Positions 24,174-37,090 of a stretch of 64,000 nucleotides of DNA are shown piece after piece. The translations under genes and the position numbers were made by a program. The DNA is taken from NCBI GenBank assembly GCA_025603075.1, contig MU626352.1:1-64000 (forward strand), given 5' to 3'. Each line of letters begins with the position of its first letter. Position 1 is the stretch's first letter. The stretch is from Neoconidiobolus thromboides FSU 785. Lineage: Eukaryota; Fungi; Entomophthoromycota. The notes beneath the pieces were generated by a model. The model was not told the origin of the DNA and ran no database searches. It worked only from the letters and a program-made list of their open reading frames with translations.

Positions 24174-24429
24174 ATAACCTTATTTTCAATGTATTAGTAC
24201 TATTCATATAATTCCAATATAAAATTTAACTTATAGGATACTTAATATTTTTAAAAATTTTGCTTTTTTTTTCTTCTAAAAACGCCAAATATTTACTAAA
24301 TAAATACTTTATCTCATTAATTAAAGTAAGAAAAGTTAATCAAATTACTTTAATAAAAACATAATATGAAATAATTAATAAAGGTTCGCTTCAAGGTTAT
24401 GTTCGTCAATAAAACTTTAATTATACAAC

Positions 24430-26178
24430 TTAAAAAGAAGCCAAAGCATCTAAAAACTGGTTTAATTTACGTACATCGTAACCGAAATCCTATTCAATGA
24501 ATTTTAAGTAAATACCATAATATAACTAATAAACTTCTATTACCTCCCCAAGTTGTATAAAAGCGACTAAATTTTTCTTAATATCTGGTAATGTATTTTC
24601 CATTGAAGCAATACCCAACCCACGAGAGATTTCATCCAATAATTTATTTGTTAATAAAGTCCATAGAATTTCGACCTATATTTGCAAAAATAAGATATGT
24701 GATATTAAAGAGAAAGAGAAAGAGAAAGAGAAAGAGAAAGAAAAATCAATCAAAAAACTCCAACTTACATCTGTAGGATATCTAAATCTCGTTGTAGTAT
24801 TAATAATAGTTCTTTCAATTTGAAAGAAACCTAGGATATCTGCTAAATGAATTTGAAATAAATCTAAACTTTTCTTGCCCAAAATTAAATTCGTTTCACT
24901 TAAATTAATGGCCATTTGCTATTGATGGATAATAGTTAAAAATAATTTTAAAAAAAACTGTATTATTTGACTTACTCTTCGTTCCTCTTCAAAAGATTTT
25001 TGGAATTCTTCAAAAGAACCTAATTTGTGATGGATATGTAAACATTGGTAAAACGGCTGGAAATCTAATTCCATGATATTTTCTTCTTCATCTTAAAAAA
25101 CATATTAAAATTCTAAACTTATAGTTGAGCTCTAAAACTACATACCAATTTCTAACTCATCTTTAACAAGATGAATAGCCGCTGGATAATTTGAATTTTC
25201 TTTTTTTTGTCTTACAATCCAACTCTGTTGTTTATCTAACATCTTTTGTATCTTTGATAAGCCATAATTTCGACTCTGTTCTTTTAATCTATTAATTAAT
25301 TTGTTAATTAAATGTTAATTAAATATAATTCATTCAGATTACTGTAACAACCAATCTCTCTTTTCTAAAATAACCGCTTGTTTCACTAAATCCCTCATAC
25401 TTGGTATACACTCCTCTAGTTATTATTTAATGTTGCTTTATTTTATTATATATTAAATTATTACCCATATATTTAGCAAACAAATATTGATTGATATGAG
25501 GTAAATGCTCGTTTTGCAACTCATCTAAAGTCTAAAAATATTAAAATCAAAACAGAAAATTAAAAAGCTTACTTTCAAAGCCGAAAAATAATTCCTTTGA
25601 TTCAATAGAGTATTAACTCTATTAGCTAACTTTAAAATATGCAAACAAGTCTGTAAAGTTTCAATACAAGTTTCAATATTTTGTTGGATACGGCGATGTT
25701 GGATTAACTCACTTTTCTTTTAAATCTTGAATTAATTTATTTTGAATTTTGAATTTTTTATAGTTACCGTAGCCAATAATTTATTCCCAGATTGTTGTAA
25801 ACTTTCGTTAACTTCTAATATATTTTCTTTTAAAGTACTAGTCCCCTTTTTTACTTCAAGTAATTGATCTACGGATTGAATAAACTCCTAAACAATAAAA
25901 AATCAATTTAACTCATAATATCTATCCATTTGTTTCATTTTTCTAATAATCTTTAATTTGTTTTTCTCTCTCTTACTTACTTGATAATGTGAATAGCATA
26001 GCTTTTCAATCTCTAATTCTTTTTTATTTAATAAATCATTTAATTTTTCTAATATCTCATTCTGTGTTTGATTCCTTAAACTGGATTGTAAAATAGGGAT
26101 AATTGGTTGACTTTGTCCCTCCAATTCGTTACTTCCATCGATGATGATCAGTTGATTCAGTTTACTGCTCAAATCCAT
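24430..26178 (-). CDS. SEC15: Exocyst subunit Sec15/EXOC6, N-terminal half only (~10 exons, ~400 aa)
   Basis: KELEIEKLCYSHYQ|EFIQSVDQLLEVK, LNQRNYFSALK|TLDELQ, LDFQPFYQCLHIH, ILGFFQIE, FGYDVRKL; in-frame TAA at 24430-24432; GCGCCATGG start context. Confidence 0.8.
24707..24740. repeat. (AAAGAG)n microsatellite in a SEC15 intron
   Basis: Direct reading; explains the spurious RKRKRK and FSFSFS ORFs. Confidence 0.85.
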
Positions 26179-27867
26179 GGCGCGATGATAGTAAAAATTA
26201 AAATTAAAGAAATAAAGATAAAATGTTTTTAACTAAAGTGCCACTTTATGTTATTAAAATGACTATCATTGGGTAAAAAAAAGATGGAATTTGTTGAAAA
26301 TTTGTTAATATTTTGTTATAATTTCTATTTTTTGTGTTGAAAATTTTAAAATGAACTTTGTTTTAAAAATCACCTTTTTTACACCTACTGCAACTCATTT
26401 GCAATCTACTCAACTGTTCAATTAAAAAAATAACTTACAAAACTCCTAAGAAAGGTTGGGCTTTAAAAAAGCCAGATAAGCAAATATTTAGTTCTAAGGA
26501 TTATCGCAAAATAGGTCAAAATAGAGCTGTGGCAGTTATAACCTAGTTGGACTATTTTTTAGGATTTTAGGATTTGAGTTTTTTGACTTGAAATGAATAA
26601 TTGTGAATAAAAAATATGTAATATTTTATTTTAATAAATAAAAATCAATAAATCAAAGCTACACGAATTGAAATAGTATCTATTTATTTACTAAATAACA
26701 TTTAATAGTAAAACATTAAATATATTATAACCATATAAAGTAGTTTATATAATATAATAAAATGAATTTAAAAAGGTTGCTTAATTTGAAAGCGTTTTGT
26801 AGAAAAAAGTTAATTACTTATATTCATTTAAATAAAACCTAACTATAAGTTCAACTATTTGAATAGCTTGTAATCTTCATAAAATTGTTTGAATATTTTA
26901 TATAAGTGTCTACTAGTTAAAAACTTGTAAACAATAACTAAGCTTTATTCTAGTTTTATTTTCCGGGTCAAAGTTGAGTTATACTTTTAAAGCGAGACAA
27001 ATGAAATTAATGCTTTTCTTGTATTTTTAATAGAATTTTATATTAAACCTTTGTGAATACGCTTTTTTAAAATACTAAATAATTGCAGATTATAACTTTA
27101 TAATATAAATAATTAGCACTGACTAAAAAATTACAAATTTTAATCAAACTATTTTTTATCGAAAAATGATTACATAAATTAATTACAAACAATAAAAGGT
27201 TCATGAACCAAAAATAGTAAATTTAAGCTAAAGAAGTTTCTAGAATAAATCATTTGAATTTATGGTTCGCTTAAGGGAGAAGGACATCACTTAAAAAGAA
27301 ATAATACTTTGTAAGTTAACTCTATTTATAATAATGGCAATATAACAGAAAGAATGATCGAATAAGGCTAGTTGGAATTCTAAAGCTTCGTATCTATTAA
27401 AACATTCTAAATAAACTTAGATTTTATCTAACAGGTTAGAACAAAAAGAAAAAAAAGGAGAATTTACAAATAGTTAAAACTGTAGAATAAAAAGAAAAAC
27501 GGTTTAAGGTGGTAGCATAACCTTAATCAGTTATGGGTTAGCTTTTATTTGTTAATCAATTAGGTAAATATAATTAAGTTTATGCTTTCTAAAATCGTTG
27601 TCTTGAAAATAATCATCCGAATAAAACTTGTTATTGGTTTCTTCAACTTCTAGAATAAATAGAAATTGGCATAAGCAGCTTTTTTAAAACACTGCTAAAA
27701 CCAGATGATCTTTAAAAGTTTCAAAATGGCAAGTTTATAATTTACAAAAATAAAAGAGGATCTGACTACTAAAAAATAGTATAAATACTCAAAATATCTA
27801 CTATTCACTCTTATCATATCATTATTTAAATTTTCATTTTCTACATTTAATACTTAATTCAAAAATT

Positions 27868-28506
27868 ATGAAATCCATCTCATTACTCGCTGTAACTTCC
27901 CTTTTTTTGAACTCTATTTCATCTCATGTGACTGCTAATCCCGCTGTTGGATTAGCTGGTAGCTATTTTGTTACTTTTATTCGTGTACCTCATGGTTGTG
28001 GTACATCTGGTACTACCAAAGTAACGGTAAATCTCACTGATGATTTAACTACTGGAGCCACTGCTCAAAGCGTTTCTGGATGGAAAGTAAGTTATGGTTA
28101 CCCTAATGATAAACAAGGTAGTACCAACAGCACTGAAGGAGAATCAGGTGGAGCATCCAAAGTCCCTAATTCAGTTACTTGGGAAGCTCAAAATAATGCT
28201 GAATTACCCCATGATCAATTTATGGATTTTGGACTTTCTCTTAAATTACCTCTTACTGCTACTTACAATAATACCATCTATTTCCCTACCATGCAATATT
28301 GTAAAAACGGTACTGGTGACTGGTCTTCATGGCCTGGAAACCCAGGTCAAAATCCTGAAAAAACTCCAGCTCCTAAACTCGTATTGACCAATAGTACCGA
28401 TAGTACTGCTTCTAAAACAGGTCCTAAATCAAATGCCATAAGTCTAAGCCCAGTATATTATTCATTCGCTTCCATGGGCTTGGTTGCATTTACTTTCTTG
28501 TTGTAG
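27868..28506 (+). CDS. Secreted, GPI-anchored YcnI/DUF1775-family copper-binding protein (intronless)
   Basis: Signal peptide followed by mature N-terminal HVTANP; family motifs RVPHGC, TTKVTV, GWKV, VTWEA, LPHDQFMDFGL, IYFPTMQYC, DW, PAPKL; S/T-rich linker, KSNA and hydrophobic C-terminus. Confidence 0.88.
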   Translation: MKSISLLAVTSLFLNSISSHVTANPAVGLAGSYFVTFIRVPHGCGTSGTTKVTVNLTDDLTTGATAQSVSGWKVSYGYPNDKQGSTNSTEGESGGASKVPNSVTWEAQNNAELPHDQFMDFGLSLKLPLTATYNNTIYFPTMQYCKNGTGDWSSWPGNPGQNPEKTPAPKLVLTNSTDSTASKTGPKSNAISLSPVYYSFASMGLVAFTFLL

Positions 28507-29706
28507 ACTGATCATCCGCTATTCTTTATTCTTCATTATTCTTAATAAATATATTATACATTTTAAATTATATTAAATACTAACTTAATGAATAAGAACT
28601 GTTGATATAAAATAGAATAGGAAATCATGTTAATAAAATAATGAAATTGTACTAAATATTGGAATCCCAGTTAAATAAATAACAAATCAATATAGTTTTA
28701 TAAATCAATACCAGATTAGAATTTCACAATACTAATTGTATTATTATAAGACATCATGTTTAGTCAGTAGCTTTAATTTATGAAAGATTTAGATCAACTT
28801 TTTAGCATAAAAAATTACTTAAAAGTTTTAGTAAAGAGATTGATAAAAAATTTAATACATCTATATACATTTAAATATGAAACATGTTACATATGATCAT
28901 ATAGCTTTGTATTTTAATATAAGTTTTTATTACGGGCACAGCTATTCAAAAAAACGTCATAAAACCTTCTTCTACCCCATAGCCTACTTATAGTAATTTA
29001 TTAAAATTAATGTTGATAAAATCTTAGTAAAGTTACAGAGAATCAACTTATTCTATGTACTAATGGATTTTTAATAATACTTTCATCCTTCAGATGTTAA
29101 AGTTAAATTTTTGAATGCCTAGTGCTTTTTTGCCTAGGCCTTATTACTAAATTAATAACGCTGGTCTAGAGAGTTGATAAAGTTGCTTATTTTTATCTCC
29201 CCCAAGCTCAAGCTTATAATTAACTAATTTCAACCTCTTGTCTTCTATATTTTCTCTCTTTAGACATTATTTAGCATGTTTTTTGGGCTTCCTGTATATT
29301 CTATCTGTATGGGTATCTTATTCATATACTTTAGATAATCATCGTAATGAGCATAGTATAATATATAAATAGAGATCCTTTTTTGTACATGATCATGATA
29401 TTTTATGTTTCAATTAACTATTCTAGTTATTTGGGTCATTAATAGGCAATATTATAAAATTATCTTTGATTTCTTGATTGGGTTTCTTTCCAGTTCATTG
29501 TTCTCTTTACGAATGAAAAGTTTTCTTGTCTAAATAGTACCTTACATTTTTTAGGCTTAACTACTCGAAATCTGAAAAAGAAATTTTCACTAATGTAGTT
29601 TTTAGTTCTTTGGTACTATATTTGAAAATGCTGTTTGTTCTTGACCTTTTATTATGGATTGTTATTTGAAAGATACTACTTTAACTACTCATTAAAAACT
29701 AAAAAC

Positions 29707-30624
29707 ATCCCCATATGTTTTTTTTATTTCATTACTTTTTCCATTTTTCAAATGCTATTTGAGTAGAATAGTTGGGGTTGTCCGAATTGGTTTCAGAATC
29801 TACTTAAAAGTTAATCCAAATTTAAAAATTTTAAAGTTATGTCTAATGTGATGATTAAATCTAAAAAGCCTAAAATCAAATCTCTTTATTTAAAACTTAT
29901 TTTAATTGTTTCCTTTTCTTAAATAGCTAATTTTCCTAACTGTGAAATATCGCTTTGTCAGTCCCATCAATAATTATAGCATAATAGTCGCCTAAGCTGT
30001 TGTGTTCTCGAGTTCAGAGAAAATCAGTTCCACATTCTTGTTTCGATTTGCTATGAGAATTTCTAGCTCCATCACAAAGAACATTATCTTCTCATTTTGA
30101 TATTTATACTTTTCAGAGTATAAAAGAGTTTACAGAGTATAGTAGTTCGAGGCTTTTTAACTGAATTATTCTTTAATATCTCGAACATTTAATAAAGCCA
30201 CTAAGTTTTCTTAATAGTATTTTACGTAGATTTTACATTAGTATTGTCTATTCTATTTGTCTTATATAGTTTGTAACCTATTACATGCTATTCCTCATAA
30301 CCCAAGTTTATCTTAGTCACATAAACTAAGACCTTTTGACTTATAGTGTAGTCAACCCAGCAATAACTGTTCTTGACTCCAAACCCTGAGTACCAGATTT
30401 CACACTAACTATACGTTTATAAATATTTCTCGATAAAGTTTTATAAGAATATTTATTTAAGATCTAGTAGAAATTCAGCTAACTTACAGTATAAACTATA
30501 ATACAATGATTTAGAACTGTGTCCGGGTACTTTTGTTTTAATAAAAAATTGGATAAAATAACGAAACTAATTCAGACAACCCCAATCGTTGGTAAATTCT
30601 TAAACAAAAAGATATATCCCATAT
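29707..30624 (+). mobile_element. ~105-bp MITE, copy 9, split by an 810-bp insertion (halves 29707-29773 and 30584-30624)
   Basis: Left half ...TTTCATTACTTTTTCCA...GAGTAG; right half GGTAAATTCTTAAACAAAAAG..ATCCC|ATAT. Confidence 0.85.
29774..30583. mobile_element. 810-bp TIR DNA element (Merlin/IS1016-like ends, tentative) nested in a MITE
   Basis: 21-bp TIRs GGGGTTGTCYGAATTRGTTTC (2 transitions); flanking AATAGTT/AATCGTT 7-bp duplication; interior homologous to 15268-15690. Confidence 0.85.
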
Positions 30625-30817
30625 ATTCTCAACTTTTAATAAAAATCAATATTAGTTAATTGTCCATTTTATAAATTAACAAATATTATTTGTAGTTCAA
30701 TAGGTTTAGCATTTGAGTTAGTCATTTCAACCTAATTCTCAACCTTATTAAATAACCCCCAATTACGCATTTTAATAGGTATATAAAGTCAAACTTTGAA
30801 ATTTGTCTACTAAAACT

Positions 30818-30923
30818 ATATGAGGATGTATTTTTTTGTTTAAGAATTTTACTAACAATTATTCCACTCAAATAGCGCTTAAAACATGGAAAAAGTAATG
30901 AAATCAAAAAAACATCCCCATGT
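30818..30923 (-). mobile_element. ~105-bp MITE, copy 10
   Basis: ATAT|GAGGATG...ACATCCCC|ATGT. Confidence 0.9.
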
Positions 30924-31703
30924 GTAAAAAAGCTTCTAGATTTCGGTTAAATATTCACTGGTTCTTTTTGATTTAATAGCGTTTTCGACTACTTGCTAGT
31001 TTATTATGGTTAGTAACTCAATATGTCTATCAACTAAGAGGAAACAATGACTAGTGAACATCTAGTTATTCAAAATAAATTTATCAAAAAACTTTTAAAA
31101 GGATAGAGTTCTATGGTTCCAATTAAATTTTAGAAATCAAAGGTTTAGTTTATTAAATTCAAATTGTTAATTGATCAACTGCGTTGTTAATGATTTACCT
31201 TGTGGTATTCGAGGATTGAATGGCATTACAATAGTTAAGATCTAGGGCGAAATATCGCAAGACTAAATAGATATCAACAGTTTAAATTAAACTTTGAGCT
31301 AATCCTTAGGGAAAAAAATGAATGACATTATAATCAAGGATAGTATTCTGAGATTCACCGACTTTTCTACCTTTTTCAAGGGGTAGACATAGTTAACTTG
31401 GGAGTTAATTATGTAATGTTTATCGGTTGCAGTTGTCTAACCGGGGCTTGTATCAAATAGCTATGCAAAATCCTTTAAAAAAATCTTCTTTTATGACCTA
31501 AAAAAATCTAATTTCATCATTTAGTCCTTTAATAATCTATACAAGTGTTATATGTTACTTGATCAATTGCATTATTGTAGTATTTGTTAAACTGAAATTG
31601 GGCCTGAATTTTTATGTATACAATCTTCATAGTTTTATTTCGATTGTATAATTACTGTTAATTTGGTAGAGTTATGTTGATTGATAAGATCGTTGGTAAT
31701 AGT

Positions 31704-31809
31704 ATATGAGAATGTTTTTTTGACTTCATTACTTTTTCTATATTTTAAGCGTTATTTGAGTGGCAAGATTGTTAGTAAAGTTCTTAAACACAAAAACACA
31801 ACCCCATAT
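31704..31809 (+). mobile_element. ~105-bp MITE, copy 11
   Basis: ATAT|GAGAATG...ACAACCCC|ATAT. Confidence 0.9.
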
Positions 31810-32678
31810 TGATATATAGTCATAAATTATTATTAAATGTATTGGCTATAATTTAAAGGGAAACATGGCTTGAATAATATCATAATTCGAAAATGACTTA
31901 GCTAGTAGCTATAGAAACCAAATAACTGAGGTTATAGAAATCAATGTTAGTCTTAAATGCTTTATTAATGGTTTATATAATGTATTAGTTTTGTAGAAAT
32001 TAAAATAAAATTCATTTGGTCCTGACCTTTTTCAAGTTTTATCAATTATAATTAATCATTCAATAGTTCTAGTATGACTATTAAGTTGATTTCGTCTTTT
32101 AGCTTTTTATATTGATTAAAGTTATTAATACAAGTTATTTGGAGAATTATATTGTTTAACAGTAGAAAATGCTGTGGGTAGACATGTCTAAAATCTATAG
32201 CCACTTTATTTAATGAACTGCTTTGAGAGCAGCTTTTTAGTAGTGATTATAATATATTAAAGATATAAATTAAAGATAGTTTTACTCCTTTTAAAATTAA
32301 GCATAGTTAGAAGGGTACTAGATCACCTTAAATATGTAAATGATTAAGGGATAATAAACCATTGGTGATAAGATAGGCTTTACATCAAAAGTTAGTTTTT
32401 TGCAATAATATCCAACTGTTCTCTTAATAAGCTGGGCTTTGACTGCTGTTCTACAAATATCAAATAATATATTTAATGGAAACCAATATTTCAAATATTT
32501 TGCTATTTATTTTGTAATTTCTCATAATTGACTTATTTTTTAATTCAGTTATTTTTACTAATAAAGTTTCAAAAGTTTATATTGCTCAAAATATGAAAAT
32601 TAATGAAAAAACCTAAAATTTCAATTATCTATTTTTGAATGAAAGACAAAACCACATCAGTTCTTTTTTCGTAAAAAA

Positions 32679-35412
32679 ATGCTATTAAAATCCAATTTCA
32701 TTCGAGGGTAATTCATTTTAACAACAACCACACTTAACAACAATTGATAAAACCTATTTATTTAGGAAAAAGTTATTAATTCAAATCAATTTAATTCATA
32801 CTAGACTGGCAAAAAGTAATCCCAATTATTGAATCGTTTCAAAATTAAATCATTAACACTCCATAGCGAAGTCCAATTCGATACGACTTCGAAATTATCA
32901 AAAAGAATGTATCGAGAGTACCATAAATGGATTAAATTCAGGAATAACACGACAAGCTATCTCTTTACCAGTTGGTAAATAATCATTTTTATTCAACACT
33001 ATCAAAACAAAAACTCAATAACAATAATTTTATTAAATTTTAATCTAGGTAGCGGAAAAACAGTAATGTCAAGTATTCTGAAAACTAAGAGTTTGGATTT
33101 AATAATGGATAAAAAATAGGTAGTAATGGCGCACTTGATACCACAGATACCAACATTTATAAAAGGTGGAGATAAAGTATTAGTATTAGCACATCGACAA
33201 GAGTTATTATTTCAAGCTTTTAGAACTATTAAAAATTTTAACCCAAAATTAGTAAGTCAGTTCCGTTTTATTTACTATTCGTATTATCGTTTTTATATTT
33301 ATATATAAAAATGAAAATAAAAACAAGTATTTAAATTGAAGATTATATTAAATAGATTCAAAAACATTAGAGAATTGATATCGAGCGTGGACGTCATCAA
33401 TGTGATATTGATAATACGGATGTGATTTTAGTATCAGTACAATCTTTAGGTTATAATAATAGTAAAAGGTTAACTAGATTTCATAAAGAGAAGTTTAAAT
33501 GTGTGATTATTGATGAGGTAAGTGATAAAACTTATAAGGAATTTAATGAAATAGAAATAATGTTATCATTTTGTTTAATCTTTTATAATTCTTTTTAATT
33601 CTATAGGCCCATCACTCATCGGCTATCACTTATCTTAGAATATTAAATCATTTCGGTTTGATTAAAAATGAAGAAGAAAATAATTTAGATAGTAATAAAA
33701 TTAATAATAAAATATTATTATGGGGCTGTTCTGCTACTCTAAGAAGACATGATGGTGTTGGACTATCTAAAATATTTGATAAAATTATTTATCATAAAGA
33801 TTTTTTTGAAATGGTAAAAGAAGGATGGTAGATATTCTATATGAATTAATAGGATTTTATTTTTTATTTTTCACGATTTAACTTTAGGTTATGTGATATC
33901 AAAGCTACAACAATCAAAACAGAGATTGATCTTTCTAATGTGGGTTATGTATTGGGTGATTATAATCAAACTCAATTAGCAACTGCTATTGATACAGAAG
34001 AAAGAAACAATTTAATTATTCATGGATATAGAAGATTAGCAAGTAAGTTTATTAATTACCTCTATACATCGATAGTTATATTAATAATTATTAATACTTT
34101 TTTTTATAATTTTGTTATTCGTCCATAGAAACCAGAAAATCAACAATAATATTTGCGTTAAATATCCAACATGCTACAAATCTCGAAAAAAAATTTAAAT
34201 TTTGGAAAATTGAATGTGAAGTTATTAGTAGTCAAACAAGACTTGAACTAAGACAAGAATATATTGAAAATTTTAGAATTGGGAAATTAAAAGTTTTAAT
34301 TAATTGTAGTAAGTTTTAATTTATTTCTATTATTTATCTTAATTATTTAATTAATTTATTTTTATTCTTTAAAATATTAATAGCTATTTTAACTGAAGGT
34401 TTAGGTAAATTAGAATTTAATATTTATATTTATATTTGTTAAAAATAATACAGATATCCCAAATATTGATTGTATTATCATGGCCCGTCCAACAAAAAGT
34501 AAGCCATTATATCAACAAATGTTAGGACGAGGGATGCGAAAGCATACAGGAAAAAAAGAATGTTTAATATTAGATTTTGTTGATGTACAAAAAGATAAAA
34601 CATTATGTAGTATACCTACTCTTTTAGGTATGGATTATAATTTAATATTAAAAGAACAAAAAATAAGTCAATTGATCGAGAAAAAAGAGAAGATGAAAGA
34701 AAAAGAAAAAGAAGAGAAAGAGAAAAAAGAAGAGGAAAAAAAAAAAGTGGTATTACCAAATTTTATTAAAAATATTCAATTAATTCATTATGATAATTTG
34801 AATCATATTAATTTTATACAAAATCAAACTAAAAGAAAAGAAGATAATATGGGTGATTTTGATTGGGTTATGTTAGATGAAAATTGTTTTGTTTTAAATT
34901 TATTAAATGGTCAAATTCGAATTGAAAAAGAAGATAGTAAGTTGAATTATATTAACAAAACATAATAGTTAATAAAAACATACTTAACATTAGCTCATTA
35001 CATCGTCAAATATCGCAAAAAAATCCTATATAATAAAGCATTTATTTTCTATACACCTCGAGTGCTCCCGATCAAATCCGATAGTTTAGAATCTATTATA
35101 TTATCATGTGAAACTTATATTCGTAATCGACACTCCAATTCAATACCATTTATACTAAAAAAAGCGAATTGGAAACAACAACCTATTTCCAAACTACAGG
35201 AAAAATTAATTAATAAATTGATTTTGAGATTAGATGAAGTGAAAAGAAAAGGAGTTGATTTGGAAGGTGTAAAAAAGTTGACAAAAGGTAAAGCGAGTAA
35301 TTTGATTTTGTTTATTAAAGAGGGAGGTCTGAATAGAATTTTTAATGGACAGAAGGAAAAGGAGGTGATATTAGATAAAGAAGATTTGTTTTATGAAGGG
35401 TTATTCATTTGA
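32679..35412 (+). CDS. IRC3: Irc3-like mitochondrial SF2 (DEAH) DNA helicase, many short exons
   Basis: [104 protein letters not shown]. Confidence 0.9.
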
Positions 35413-35644
35413 TAAATGCTTTTTTTGTTAATTAAATAAAACAAATGTAATTAAAAATATTAAAAATTAGTTTTTTACAAATTCTTCGATTTTAATTGGT
35501 TTAAATTTTTTTTGAATTTTGACATTTAAATTCAATTTTTGACTAAAGTGAAAGTTTGATTCTTTTTTTTTAAGACTAACATTTTTATAGATAAAAAATA
35601 AAAGAGGAATCAATATCCATCATATAGAGCAATAGTAAAAAATA

Positions 35645-37054
35645 ATGGATTGTTTAACAGGTAGTGAAATCAAAGAAGCTTTAAAGCAACCGCAATTAAT
35701 AGAATCTACAATTCGGCAATTATATGAACAAATTCAACCTAAAGAAAATCAATTACATTTATCTACTCTATTGATCTATTTAAAACATTCTCCCAATATT
35801 GAAGAGATATTAAATTATTGGGAAACATTAGAATCATCTAATTCCACTCATTTCCAAGTAAATATCCATCTACTTCAACTAATAATATGGAGTTTAGAAT
35901 TATTATCTTATGATGAAGAGGTATTACAATTTAAAGGTCATAATGAAAGAAATTCATTGATTAAAAAATTGATATTAAAATTTAATGATAAAATTATGAG
36001 TTATTTAAAAGTTAATGTAGCTAAATTACATCAGCTTTGTTTTAAATTATTGAAAACAATTGTCTTTTATTTTAATGGTAATTTCAATGAAGTGTTTATT
36101 GTGTTTCAAATGAAACCACAAGTAAGTTAAATAAGAGAAAAGGCTTTAATTGATTTTATAATTGATATTTTATTTTTAGATTATTGGTCGCGTTTTAAAT
36201 AATATTAAAGTTAATGAAGAATTTTTGGATGGTAAAAGTGTACAAGAATATCAAGAGCAAGAAAGGAAGAGTAAGTTTAATAATTCAACTAATAATAAGA
36301 TAATACTTAATATAATAATAATTTATATAGAAACTCGATGGGAATTTTTGAGGTATTGTGAAACTTGTTTTGAAGTGATTAAATATAATAAATCAAATTG
36401 GAATTTAACTTATCAAATACCAATTCAACGATTAGTTAAAGGATTACATTTGGATGATCCAGAGTTTATATTAAATCTTTTTAATATCTTAACTAAGTTT
36501 ATAGTCAATATTATTAGTAATACAAATTATAATAACAAGATGTTTTTATTTGATTTATTTAATGATGATTTTTTAAGTAAAGTAAGTTTTATTTTTAATT
36601 TAATTTATTGTTATGAGTTAAATGTTAATGTAATTTTTAGTGCTTAGAATTATTAAATAATCATCAAATTGTGAATGATAATAATAATGAAATTGAAATA
36701 TCAGATTTAGTTTATAAATTTTTAGTATCAATATGTAGTGTATCAGGCTATGGTATATGTATTAAATCTAATGGATGGAATGAAATAGAAACAATAGTGA
36801 TTCAACAAAGTAATGAAAAAAAGAAGAGAAAAATGAATAATAATAAATTATTAGAGTTTTGTTTTGGGTTACAAGCAAATACTAATTTAATTCATCAAAA
36901 ATTATTATTAACAATATTTAATACTTGTCCCGAATTAGTATCTTATTATTGGAATTATTGTAATTTAAGTTTTGAACCAAGATTATCTGTTAATTGGTTA
37001 AGTAATATTTCATTATTATTGAAGATTATTAATTTGGATGTCCCAGAATTTAAC

Positions 37055-37090
<36 letters not shown>

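Noticed and set aside
24591-24915. ORFs with RKRKRK (+) and FSFSFS (-) tails
   Set aside because: Produced by the (AAAGAG)n intronic microsatellite; the real frame is a SEC15 exon.
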